NCBI GenBank assembly: GCA_964616825.1
Contig: CAZTSX010000010.1
Coordinates: 525-64,524, forward strand
Reading direction: 5' to 3'
DNA: 64,000 nucleotides
Source: an uncultured Prolixibacteraceae bacterium
GTDB taxonomy: Bacteria; Bacteroidota; Bacteroidia; Bacteroidales; FEN-979
Positions 9,984-19,199 of the stretch are shown piece after piece (position 1 is the stretch's first letter; every line of letters begins with the position of its first letter). The notes under the pieces were generated by a model. The model ran no database searches. It was not told the DNA's origin and was given only the letters and a program-made list of their open reading frames with translations. The translations under genes and the position numbers were made by a program.

Positions 9984-11158
9984 GGTCCGAATGCATATAA
10001 AGTTCCATCGTGTGCTCCTACGAGGATCATCCCGGAGGTAACTGCCGGTGTTGCTGTGATCTGGCTTCCGATTTCGTAAACCCAAACCTTTTTTCCACTA
10101 TCTAATTCCAGCAGGTGGAGCCTGCCATCGGAGGAGGCAACTACCACCAGGTTTTCGGCAATGACCGGAGAGGCATCTACTTTTCCCAACGCTTTGTATT
10201 TCCAGAGCAGCTCTCCTGTCTCAGCCTGGTAACAAAAGAGGTACCGGTTCTGGGATCCGATCACTACCCGATCCCCCTGAATAGCCGGTGAGGAGAGAAA
10301 AGGACCTCCTCCTCCCGTTTTCCATTGTATCTTTTTTTGTTTCAGGTCGGCACAATAGAACTCTCCGTCGTAGTTTCCAAACCAGGCTTTATCTCCGCGG
10401 GTCGCTGCCGATGAGGCGATGTAGGTTCCCAGGTCAATCGTGTCATCTGCCATTCCTGTTATCGTGTTTACCAGGTGCAGGTATCCGTCACAACCACCAA
10501 AAACAGCTATCTCCCCGCTGATGGCAGCTGCTCCGTTTATGAAGTTGTTTGATTCGTATTTCCACAATTCCGCCCCTGTGGTGGCATCTACCGCATGGAG
10601 GTTATAATCATAGCTCCCGGTCAATATCTCTTTCCGTTTTTTGTCGGCCGACCATGCCCAGTTGGAGGAGCCCGATATTTGCCCCTCTGTGGTGTATTTC
10701 CATTTTCGTTTTCCCGATTCAGCATCCAGGGCCCATAGGACACCTTCGAGTGTCCCTACGTAAATAGTCTGATCCAGATAGAGTGGAGCCGCTTCCACAG
10801 ATGTTCCCGCGTTGAATTGCCATTGCAACTTTCCATTAAGAGAGAGGGCATAGATAAATCCGTCGTCGGATCCAAAACAGATCAGTCCATCGCAAATCAC
10901 CGGGGAGGATTTGATGGCGCTATTGGCATGAAAGGTCCACAGAAGTTTCAGTGGTGGTTGTATCGAAACCGGCGACGTACCAGTAAGCTGTGGATCTCCC
11001 CTGAACGAAGGCCAACAGTCCGCGTTTTTGGTCTGAGCGAGACCTGCTCCGGCTGCGATAATATTCAGTAATAAAACACAGACTTGTACCGCAAAGGCGC
11101 TAAGCCGTAGAGCACGCCAATTATACCAAAAATTAACTGTTATTTCGTTTAATCTCAT
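9980..11158 (-). CDS. PQQ-binding-like (BamB-type) beta-propeller protein, exported
   Basis: Signal-like N-terminus, WPSFRG motif, repeated G...W docking repeats and SSP motifs. Start uncertain (ATG 11158 chosen; the ORF-track GTG at 11185 lies in a repeat array). Confidence 0.8.
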   Translation of the reverse strand: MRLNEITVNFWYNWRALRLSAFAVQVCVLLLNIIAAGAGLAQTKNADCWPSFRGDPQLTGTSPVSIQPPLKLLWTFHANSAIKSSPVICDGLICFGSDDGFIYALSLNGKLQWQFNAGTSVEAAPLYLDQTIYVGTLEGVLWALDAESGKRKWKYTTEGQISGSSNWAWSADKKRKEILTGSYDYNLHAVDATTGAELWKYESNNFINGAAAISGEIAVFGGCDGYLHLVNTITGMADDTIDLGTYIASSAATRGDKAWFGNYDGEFYCADLKQKKIQWKTGGGGPFLSSPAIQGDRVVIGSQNRYLFCYQAETGELLWKYKALGKVDASPVIAENLVVVASSDGRLHLLELDSGKKVWVYEIGSQITATPAVTSGMILVGAHDGTLYAFGP

Positions 11159-11181
11159 CACATTATTCCTTAATACAATAC

Positions 11182-11248
11182 TCACTTATTCACCATTTCA
11201 CCACCTCACCATTACTCACCAACTCACCAGTTCACCAGTTCACTAGTT
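11182..11248. repeat. Imperfect 8-bp tandem array (TCACCA core) containing the stop codon of the upstream Fe-S flavoprotein gene
   Basis: TCACCA-type cores at 11182, 11190, 11198, 11206, 11216, 11224, 11232 and 11240; TGG TGA at the end of 11224..12801 is one unit. Confidence 0.85.
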
Positions 11249-12801
11249 CTATCTGCCAACGCCCCGGTGGGACATCCCTCCACACAAGACTGCGCTGTTT
11301 TAACCAATCCTTCCTGCATGGTTTTACTGAAAGGCACTGTGATCCTTACGTCAAAACCTCTGCCAATATAAGCCAACCCCAATGTTTCTCCATCTTTTTG
11401 CGTGATCTCCACACACAATCCGCACCGGATACATTTTTCTGGCTCGTAGACCACCAGGTCATGTTGCAGGTTCCTTGTCAGCTGATTCCTTTCTGCTGCA
11501 TCAAACCGTCTCTTGTTAACCCCGTATTGATCGGAAAATCTCCTCAACTTACAACTTACCGGCTTGCGGCAGTCGCAATGCATGCACCGCTGGGCTTCTC
11601 GGATTGCCTCATCCTGAGTAAATCCGGTCAGGTATCCCGACCCGGGATCGGTTCTTTCCTCAAAAGAAGCCTCCTGCATATACTCTTTGTTCTCTTCCTC
11701 TTTTAGCGGGCCGATGGATGAATTGAACATCGGCGTTCTACGAGGGATTGTTTCCCCTGAAAGATAGGCATCAGCCTCGAGTGCAGCTTTTTTTCCCTGG
11801 GCTACCGATCTTACGGATAGCAGCTGTTCGGAGATGATGCTGCCACAACCAAACACACCCGGCTTGCCTGAAGCAAAACTTTTTTTATGGATGACCGATT
11901 CATATTCCAAAATCGGCAAGTCAAATTCATCTACGGGGTGCTCCTCGCTAAATCCGGTTGCCAGGATCACCGCATCGAACCCGGGGAGGATCTCCTTATC
12001 CCACTTCTTCCCGGTAACCGGATAGTTAAGCTGAAACTCGCCTCCAAGTGCGCGAATGGATTCGATATCGGCATCGAGCATTTCTTTGGGAAGAAGATCA
12101 TCAGGGATACGATAACGCAGCGCTCCTCCGGCCTGTTCGTTTTTATCAAAAAGCGTACAGGCGTGACCTTGCTGAAGAGTATAAAACGCCGCTGCCAGTC
12201 CGGCCGGACCGGTACCGATCACAGCTACCTGTTTTCCGCTTTTTTCTGAGACCACCTCCAGGCCGGTTTTCCGAATGGCTTCATCCTGTGCTGTATATCG
12301 TTTCAACAGACAGATCGAGACCGGCTCATCAACCTTTTTCCTGCGGCAGGCTTTTTCGCAGGGGGCCGGACAGATATATCCGAGTATCAGAGGGAGAGCG
12401 ATCTCTTCCCTGACTACCCGAAGCGCTTCTTCATTCCTGTTAGCGGTAATCAATCTGTTCATCAGGGGTATGTTCATGAAGGCCGGGCACGAGATACGGC
12501 AAGGGGCCTCGCAATCCCCAACATGATCGCTTAGGAGCAGCTCCAGAGCCTCTTTCCGTGCTTCCATCACCTCTTTGGCAGATGCTGAAAGATTCATTCC
12601 GTCTGCGACAGGCATAGCGCAGGAGGGGAACAGTGTGCCACGATCAAGATCCTTAACCAGGCATACCATGCAAGAGGGGTGGTTGGAGTGGCCCGGCAGG
12701 TAACAGAGAGAGGGAATTTCGATTCCCTTCAGTGCCGCAGCCTGCATGACGGTCATGCCCTGCTCCACTTCTATAGCTGTATGGTCAATCGTGATGTGCA
12801 T
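11224..12801 (-). CDS. Fe-S flavoprotein, StnC/NfnA/SfrB-like: 2Fe-2S domain, GltD-type Fe-S/FAD module and HydA/NuoG-type 4Fe-4S region; NAD(P)H domain apparently absent
   Basis: 2Fe-2S motif SLC..PSCMVC..PSC; GltD-type CEAPCRISCP and ICPAPCEKACRR; FAD motif IGTGPAG; CMHCDC..SC and CIRCGLC...CPTGAL. No second GGGxxA Rossmann motif. Confidence 0.82.
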   Translation of the reverse strand: MHITIDHTAIEVEQGMTVMQAAALKGIEIPSLCYLPGHSNHPSCMVCLVKDLDRGTLFPSCAMPVADGMNLSASAKEVMEARKEALELLLSDHVGDCEAPCRISCPAFMNIPLMNRLITANRNEEALRVVREEIALPLILGYICPAPCEKACRRKKVDEPVSICLLKRYTAQDEAIRKTGLEVVSEKSGKQVAVIGTGPAGLAAAFYTLQQGHACTLFDKNEQAGGALRYRIPDDLLPKEMLDADIESIRALGGEFQLNYPVTGKKWDKEILPGFDAVILATGFSEEHPVDEFDLPILEYESVIHKKSFASGKPGVFGCGSIISEQLLSVRSVAQGKKAALEADAYLSGETIPRRTPMFNSSIGPLKEEENKEYMQEASFEERTDPGSGYLTGFTQDEAIREAQRCMHCDCRKPVSCKLRRFSDQYGVNKRRFDAAERNQLTRNLQHDLVVYEPEKCIRCGLCVEITQKDGETLGLAYIGRGFDVRITVPFSKTMQEGLVKTAQSCVEGCPTGALADRTSELVNW

Positions 12802-12804
12802 GGG

Positions 12805-15162
12805 TTAACTGATCATAATCGCATCTTCCGGACATGCCTGGCGGCAGATGTCGCACTTGATACATTTTTCCTTATCGATAACATGTTTTTCAAAAGGTGT
12901 GTATTCGATTGCTTCCGATGGACAACGCTGGGCGCATTTGGTGCAACCGATACATTCGTCAGTAACAGAATAGCTGATCAACGGTGCACATTTTCCGGCG
13001 GGGCACTTACCCTGAAGATGAGCTTCATACTCTTCCCTGAAATAGGTCAGTGTCGATAACACGGGATTAGGGGCCGATTTGCCCAATCCGCATAAGCTGC
13101 CTCTTTTGGTGGATCCCGCCAGGTGTTCCAGGTTGTCGAGATCTTCAGGGACACCTTTTCCATTTCGGATCTTCTCCAGTAATTCCAGCATTCGTCTCGT
13201 TCCAATCCGGCAAAAGGTACATCTTCCACACGACTGGCTCTGGGTGAAGGATAAAAAATAGTAAGCGATATCCACCATACAGTCATCTTCTTCCAACACA
13301 ACCATTCCGCCCGATCCCATCATCGATCCAACTTCAATGAGGGCTTCGAAATCAACCGTCAGATCGGCCAGAGAGGCTGGGATACAACCTCCCGAGGGTC
13401 CTCCGATCTGCACTGCTTTGAAACTTTTCCCTTTAGCAATCCCGCCGCCAATCTCTTCGACAATCTGCCGGATGCTCATTCCCATCGGAACCTCGATTAA
13501 ACCGCCTCTGTTTATCTTGCCGGCCAGGGCAAAAACCTTGGTCCCTTTGCTATTATTTATTCCAATACGTGCAAATGCTTCCGCTCCATGCCGGATGATC
13601 CAGGATATGAACGCGAAGGTCTCCGTGTTGTTCACAAGCGTTGGCTTGCCGTTTAATCCTTTCAGGGCCGGATAGGGTGGCCTGATACGTGGCTGGCCAC
13701 GATTCCCTTCCACTGAAGCGATAAGAGCTGTCTCTTCCCCGCAAACAAACGCTCCGGCTCCCTCAAAAATCCGGATATGAAACGAGAAGCCGCTTCCCAG
13801 GATATTCTCTCCCAGGAATCCGGCATCAGAACATTTGGTGAGTGCTTCTTTCACCCGGCTCACAGCTAACGGGTATTCAGCCCGGATATAGAAGATCCCT
13901 TCTGTAGCTCCTGTTGCGAATCCCGCAACAGTCATCCCTTCGATGACGCGGTAGGGATAAGATTCCAGGATCATCCGGTCCATAAATGCGCCCGGATCTC
14001 CTTCGTCACCATTGCAAATGATTAATTTTGAGGAATCCTCCTGGTCTTTCACCAGCTGCCACTTCCTCCCTGTAGGGAATCCGGCGCCACCGCGACCACG
14101 AAGACCACTCGCAGAGATCACATCGATTACATCCTGCGGAGAAAGTTCCTTCAAACATCCGGACAGCGCTTCAAATCCTCCCGATCGCTTGTATTCTTCA
14201 AGGTCTGTTGGGCGTATTACTCCCCTGTTCTCTGTAGCAATATTCATTTGAGGACCAAGAAATTCTTCCACCGGAGTGCCACGTTCTTCAGCCTGGTATC
14301 GCCTGACCGATAGTGGAGATCCATCGTTAAGGATCTGCTCAAATAGTCCGATCACATCTAACTTCATCCGGTGAATGAGCCCTTCCGGTCTGAAATGGTT
14401 CAAGACTACCTCCTTCACCTCTTCAGGTTTGATCTTTGCATAATAAGCTACCGGCTCCCCGGATTTGACCACCTCCAGGACCGGTACCTGGTGACAGATC
14501 CCCACGCATCCTACCTGCTTCACCTCCACGTGGATACGGGCATCAGCCAGTGTCTTCTCCAGTTCTGATTTCACCTCTGAACTGCCACTGGCAATACAGC
14601 AGGATCCCAATCCGATCCGGATCTCACCCTGACCATTTGGCTCAGCCTGTTCTATGGGCAAATCATCCAATTTCCGGTTGGCTTTGTGAAGCAGGAAGTC
14701 CTGAAGGATCCCGCCTGCTTTTTCCGGTACCACCTGTCCGTAAGTGACCGAATCGATCCGTATCACGGGAGCAATGGTGCAACAACCCAGGCAGGCGACT
14801 TTGCTGATAGTAAAGAGACCCTGGCTATCGGTATCTTCCAATCCTGTAAGGTTCAACTCCCGGCGGAAAGCATCATAAACCTTTGAAGCTCCTTTCATAT
14901 GACAGGCTGTACCGGTACACACTTTGATGCTGTGCTTTCCGGCAGGCTGATGCCGGAACTGCCCGTAAAAAGTGGAGATGCCGGTGATACGTGAAGGGGT
15001 GATTTCAGTGGTGGCACATACCTTCTCAAGGGCCTCCTCAGGAAGGTAATTGAACTCTTCCTGGATCGCCTGTAAAATCGGGACTACCGCATCCACAGTT
15101 TTCCCGTGAACATCGACAATTCTCTCGACAATCTCGTTTATTTTATGTTCGGTTTCCGGCAC
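12805..15162 (-). CDS. NuoE-NuoF (HydC-HydB) fusion, NADH-binding FMN/Fe-S subunit of the electron-bifurcating type
   Basis: NuoE 2Fe-2S motif CTGTAC..CLGCC; thioredoxin-like Fe-S domain SCC..CVGIC; FMN motifs SGLRGRGGAGFPTG, NGDEGDPGAFMDR, GAGAFVCGEETAL; SCGRCTFC..LCGLG; H..CPAGKC; C-terminal 2x4Fe-4S. Confidence 0.9.
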   Translation of the reverse strand: MPETEHKINEIVERIVDVHGKTVDAVVPILQAIQEEFNYLPEEALEKVCATTEITPSRITGISTFYGQFRHQPAGKHSIKVCTGTACHMKGASKVYDAFRRELNLTGLEDTDSQGLFTISKVACLGCCTIAPVIRIDSVTYGQVVPEKAGGILQDFLLHKANRKLDDLPIEQAEPNGQGEIRIGLGSCCIASGSSEVKSELEKTLADARIHVEVKQVGCVGICHQVPVLEVVKSGEPVAYYAKIKPEEVKEVVLNHFRPEGLIHRMKLDVIGLFEQILNDGSPLSVRRYQAEERGTPVEEFLGPQMNIATENRGVIRPTDLEEYKRSGGFEALSGCLKELSPQDVIDVISASGLRGRGGAGFPTGRKWQLVKDQEDSSKLIICNGDEGDPGAFMDRMILESYPYRVIEGMTVAGFATGATEGIFYIRAEYPLAVSRVKEALTKCSDAGFLGENILGSGFSFHIRIFEGAGAFVCGEETALIASVEGNRGQPRIRPPYPALKGLNGKPTLVNNTETFAFISWIIRHGAEAFARIGINNSKGTKVFALAGKINRGGLIEVPMGMSIRQIVEEIGGGIAKGKSFKAVQIGGPSGGCIPASLADLTVDFEALIEVGSMMGSGGMVVLEEDDCMVDIAYYFLSFTQSQSCGRCTFCRIGTRRMLELLEKIRNGKGVPEDLDNLEHLAGSTKRGSLCGLGKSAPNPVLSTLTYFREEYEAHLQGKCPAGKCAPLISYSVTDECIGCTKCAQRCPSEAIEYTPFEKHVIDKEKCIKCDICRQACPEDAIMIS

Positions 15163-15239
15163 GCTGATTATATTCTTTTTCTTCTTTTAACCAATGGAAA
15201 GCAGATGACACGGATTTAAATCAGTGTTCAATTTTATCT

Positions 15240-17069
15240 CTATTTCCCAATACAATACAAGTTATTATCTCCTCTGATATAAATTTTTCCACCGGCAAAC
15301 GCAGGTGTGCAAACAGATCCTTCTCCCAGTGGCGACTGCCCAACCGAGATAAAAACGCTGTCGGATTTGAATATATGCATGATTCCTTCTTTATCCATTT
15401 GATAGATCTTATCATACACCAATACAGGTGAGGCATATGTGCTGTTATCCAGTTCGTGGACCCAATACTCTTCTCCGGTTTTGGCATCGTAACAGACGAT
15501 CACGCCATAACTGGTAACCAGGAAGAGGTAGTTCTCATTCGCCACCGGGCTGGGGATATCAGAGAGGTAATCATTGAGCTCCCAGTCAACCTGAGGAGGA
15601 TTCCCTAATTTGATGGCAACCAGTTTAGCATATTCATTGGTGGCAAACAGATAGCCATTTGCATAAGCTGCTGAAGGTCCTACCTCTCCATAAATGCAAT
15701 CGATCTGCCAGCGTTCTTTTCCTGTAGCGGGATCATACGAAGCTACTATCGGGTCGGCTACAAGGATGAGCTCTGTTTGATTGCCGGTATTAACCAGGAT
15801 GGGTGAAGCCCATGATACCCGTACAGGTCGGGGGGTATTCCAGGCCAGTTCGCCCGTAGCACCGTCAAACGCTTTTACACTCGCGCCCTGTGATTGGTCC
15901 CATTGTACAATTATCAGGTTGCGGTACATGATGAGAGAGGAGGAGTGTCCGTAGTGATTCTTCGGTATGCCCAGGTTCTTTGACCATACCAGATTTCCTT
16001 CCAGATCCAGCGCCACCAGATCGCCGGTAGCGAAAATTGCATAAACACGACGACCATCGGTAGTCAGGGTTGGAGCAGCCAAACCCGTTTCCCCGTCTAC
16101 TTTCGGAACAGCTGCTGGTGTTCCCGGCACGGCAGAGACATCTGTCTGCCACAGGATCTTCCCTGAATTAGCATCAAAGCAATATATATCTCTTTTCGTA
16201 TCACTAGCCCCGGAAAGGAATACCCGGTCATTCCAGACAATCGGTGAATTATACCCGGGTAGGGGAACTTCAGTTTTCCATTTGATATTTGATCCGGTGG
16301 TACCGTTCCAGTTCACTGGAAAATTCTTCATGTTTACTACTCCGTTTCCATCAGGACCACGAAATGTCAACGCATTGTTGAGGATCTCCCGCCTCGAAGG
16401 AAATGACCTGGCTGGAGCTGACTTTACTGTTTCAGTGGAATCGGGATTCCCGGTTATGGCCGTTGTGGTGATCAGGCTGTCGGGTTCACTTTCAGGGATC
16501 GTTTCCGGGATAACTGGTTGGTTTGTTATCTTTTCCATCGAATCGACTTCCGCATGTGATATGGCTGTTTGATCACGAAGTGTTTTTCCGATCTCAGTGT
16601 AGGTGAGGTATGCCAGAATGAGAGAGCCAGCCACCAGAAATATCCCGGTATAGATGATCCATCGCTGGTTGGTTTTCCTGTGTTCCCAAAACCGATCTCT
16701 GACCGGTTCGGGAAGAGGCGGGATCTTCGGCCGGATCAGTTCGATCCATTTCATACAGATGATGATGATCAACACACATGCCAGGAGAATATATCCCCCC
16801 GTGCGGATCTGCCACCGACTGGTAAAGAACGCCTTGCGTGAAAGCAGATCGAGTTCGCGGATCTCGTTCCGGAGCGCTTCATCACCGGGGTTGCTCTTCA
16901 ACTTTTCCAGCATAATCGTCATCGCCGGTGTATTGAGCGGATCAACCCGTGTTACCTGGATGAAATTAGCAATGATCAGGATACACAGAATAAAAGCCAC
17001 GATCCCGCTGATGAGAGCGATTCGTCTCAGCAGTTGCATCGTCTGTTCTTTTGATGTCTCGTTTTCCAT
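15240..17069 (-). CDS. Membrane-anchored PQQ-binding-like beta-propeller protein
   Basis: Two N-terminal TM segments, Pro/Thr-rich linker, FRGPDG motif, W-docking repeats, YNSP/WASP/YASP motifs. Confidence 0.82.
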   Translation of the reverse strand: MENETSKEQTMQLLRRIALISGIVAFILCILIIANFIQVTRVDPLNTPAMTIMLEKLKSNPGDEALRNEIRELDLLSRKAFFTSRWQIRTGGYILLACVLIIIICMKWIELIRPKIPPLPEPVRDRFWEHRKTNQRWIIYTGIFLVAGSLILAYLTYTEIGKTLRDQTAISHAEVDSMEKITNQPVIPETIPESEPDSLITTTAITGNPDSTETVKSAPARSFPSRREILNNALTFRGPDGNGVVNMKNFPVNWNGTTGSNIKWKTEVPLPGYNSPIVWNDRVFLSGASDTKRDIYCFDANSGKILWQTDVSAVPGTPAAVPKVDGETGLAAPTLTTDGRRVYAIFATGDLVALDLEGNLVWSKNLGIPKNHYGHSSSLIMYRNLIIVQWDQSQGASVKAFDGATGELAWNTPRPVRVSWASPILVNTGNQTELILVADPIVASYDPATGKERWQIDCIYGEVGPSAAYANGYLFATNEYAKLVAIKLGNPPQVDWELNDYLSDIPSPVANENYLFLVTSYGVIVCYDAKTGEEYWVHELDNSTYASPVLVYDKIYQMDKEGIMHIFKSDSVFISVGQSPLGEGSVCTPAFAGGKIYIRGDNNLYCIGK

Positions 17070-17086
17070 AACTCAAAGGGGCCTTA

Positions 17087-18349
17087 TCATGATTTTATCG
17101 GACAATAATCAACACACCGGGCACAACTGAAGCAGGTACCCCGGTTGGGTTCAAAATCGGTTCGGTATCTGGTGATCAGGCGGCCAGCAAGCAATCCGCC
17201 AATGGTCAGCCCGATAAAACCTCCCAGGATCCACCCTCCGATGTAAAACTGACGGAGGATCCGTGATGCTTCATTATACAGTTCCTCTACCGACTTCCCG
17301 GAAGCTTTAAAGGCGGTCATCTCAATCGATTCAGGTTCTCCCTGTGTTTTTTCAGGGTGCAATAATTCATCTGCCATACGAACTTTTCCATTTACTTTAG
17401 CTAATGATTCATGAATCTGTGAGCCGGTCCATCCCCCAAGCAGCATGAAAAATGGGATCAGCAGCATGATCAGGATAAACTTTCTGACGACCGTTTTCCG
17501 GTTTTCCGGGTTCTTCACTGTGACCGGTTTTTCGATCGATTCGTAGGGACAGGAGTCTTCGCACAACCGGCATTCGACACAAATCGATGGAGTGATCGTC
17601 ATGTGGTATTTCGAAAAGCGGCTGATCCAGTTCAGCAATACGCCATAAGGGCATAGGAATCGACAGTATGGCCGGGCAATGAAGACCCCGCAAAGAAGCA
17701 ATATTCCACCGAAGATGAACATGCTAAAAAGAGCATCAAATCGAAAAATCCCTACAAATGGATCGTATCGGCAGATGATGAAGTCGGTTGCGGTAGCTGC
17801 ATATAACACAGCCAGTCCAAGGTAGATGTAAGGGATTACACCAAGCACAGCATTCAACCGGGTTCCAATTTTTTGAGGGCGCCAGGAGACGAGGTCCTGA
17901 AACGCTCCGAATGGACAAACACCCGCACAAAATGTTCTTCCAAAGAGAAGTGTATAGACCAGGGGTGCCAGGAAGAAAACGAGAACCGTCCACGGAATCA
18001 CATATGAACCGGCGAAGATAGCCAGGGCCACATTCTGGATGGATCCAATCGAACAGACACATCCTTCCCGGTAAAATCCGAAATAGGCCAGGGAGAAGAT
18101 AGAGATCCAGAAGACCATGTTGCGGGATCGACGTTTCAACACAGCCCAGGTAACCACAGAGAGTGCCAGCAACAGAATAGCTACATCCATCACCTCCAGG
18201 ATCTCTGCACGTGGAGTAGGGAGGAGTGTTTCGGGTGTAATGTATCCCGATTCAAATTCCGGTTTTGGAAATCGCTGGATCGCATAGGAGGAGACCATTT
18301 GCCAGGCAAACAGGATGGTCAGAACAACTAATGCAATCCCTTTTTTCAT
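17087..18349 (-). CDS. Membrane-bound 4Fe-4S-binding protein (NapH/MauN/RdxA/NosR-C-like)
   Basis: Multiple TM helices; GRTFCAGVCPFG and RPYCRFLCPYG (CxxxCP pairs); CVECRLCEDSCP and C-terminal CFSCARCVDYCP ferredoxin motifs. Confidence 0.85.
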   Translation of the reverse strand: MKKGIALVVLTILFAWQMVSSYAIQRFPKPEFESGYITPETLLPTPRAEILEVMDVAILLLALSVVTWAVLKRRSRNMVFWISIFSLAYFGFYREGCVCSIGSIQNVALAIFAGSYVIPWTVLVFFLAPLVYTLLFGRTFCAGVCPFGAFQDLVSWRPQKIGTRLNAVLGVIPYIYLGLAVLYAATATDFIICRYDPFVGIFRFDALFSMFIFGGILLLCGVFIARPYCRFLCPYGVLLNWISRFSKYHMTITPSICVECRLCEDSCPYESIEKPVTVKNPENRKTVVRKFILIMLLIPFFMLLGGWTGSQIHESLAKVNGKVRMADELLHPEKTQGEPESIEMTAFKASGKSVEELYNEASRILRQFYIGGWILGGFIGLTIGGLLAGRLITRYRTDFEPNRGTCFSCARCVDYCPIKS

Positions 18350-18364
18350 GCCGGATTAATCCTC

Positions 18365-18952
18365 CTATTTGATGTCTAAGTTTTTCTGTCCGAATCCCTT
18401 CAGAAGGTATGGTTGATCTGCCGGTATCCGCGAATATGCTTCTGACGGACAGTTGCGGGCAACGGAACATTCGTTGCAGTTGTCACACCTGTCTTGCCTT
18501 ACCTGCAGCTGTAGTGAGCCATTTCCGAAGGCACCACATCCTTTAACGCATTTTCCGCATCCGATACAGATCTCCTCATCAATTGTATATTCAAAAAATG
18601 GATCCTCAATAAATGTGCGTTTGATTGCTTTAGTTGGACAAAGCTGGTTTTCAGCCCCTGTATTGAGTGTTTTGGTATCAGGGAGGAAATAGCCACCACA
18701 GAGATCACAATAACCGCACATAGCATAGACATGGACACATTTAACCGCCGATGGAGTCTTGATGCAGCTGGTGGCACAACGGCCACACTGGGTGCATTTG
18801 GTGGGATCAAGCTGCCAGACATATTCACTGGATCCTGCTTTCTTTGCTGCCAGTACTGCAATTCCGCCGATGCTGATCAGCAATCCGGCCTGAGCTCCGG
18901 TTTGGAAGAATTTGCGCCGGTTGATCCGTTTCTCCTCTCCCTTGCCATCCAT
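18365..18952 (-). CDS. Tat-exported polyferredoxin (NapG/MauM/NrfC-like, about four 4Fe-4S)
   Basis: NRRKFF twin-arginine motif plus hydrophobic stretch; CTQCGRCATSC, CGYCDLC, LCP, CIGCGKCVKGC, CDNCNEC..CP. Start placed at ATG 18952, just after the upstream stop. Confidence 0.82.
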   Translation of the reverse strand: MDGKGEEKRINRRKFFQTGAQAGLLISIGGIAVLAAKKAGSSEYVWQLDPTKCTQCGRCATSCIKTPSAVKCVHVYAMCGYCDLCGGYFLPDTKTLNTGAENQLCPTKAIKRTFIEDPFFEYTIDEEICIGCGKCVKGCGAFGNGSLQLQVRQDRCDNCNECSVARNCPSEAYSRIPADQPYLLKGFGQKNLDIK

Positions 18953-18953
18953 A

Positions 18954-19199
18954 TTATTGAGTCTCCTGTTTTTGTTGTTCATATTTCCGGTAAGATTTGG
19001 CTGCCGGTAATCCACATTGTTCTGTTTTCCCACAGAGGGTACATGTAAAGTCAAGGGTACATGCCTCCGCAGGTTCTTCTTTTAAAAGCAGGTATCCGCC
19101 CGTGACAGCTAATCCGGTTCCAATGGCTCCCCGCATCAGCAGGGAGAAGAACTTACGCCTGGATTGCTTCACACCCTTATTACCTGGTCTATCTTTCAT
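18954..19199 (-). CDS. Small twin-arginine, Cys4 protein (C-x5-C-x2-C-x5-C)
   Basis: 81 aa; SRRKFF plus TM helix, then CTLDFTCTLCGKTEQC; fills the gap between two operon genes exactly. Confidence 0.72.
   Translation of the reverse strand: MKDRPGNKGVKQSRRKFFSLLMRGAIGTGLAVTGGYLLLKEEPAEACTLDFTCTLCGKTEQCGLPAAKSYRKYEQQKQETQ

Noticed and set aside
11224-15162. Annotation as [FeFe]-hydrogenase, complex I, formate dehydrogenase or glutamate synthase
   Set aside because: There are no H-cluster motifs, no other nuo genes, no Mo-bisPGD domain and no gltB, and the GltD-like part lacks its NADPH domain.
15205-15228. Small imperfect hairpin ACACGGATT-TA-AATCAGTGT, with a related ATCTGTGTAATCCG at about 59073
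   Set aside because: It may be a REP-like remnant or terminator, but it is too short and degenerate to support as a feature.
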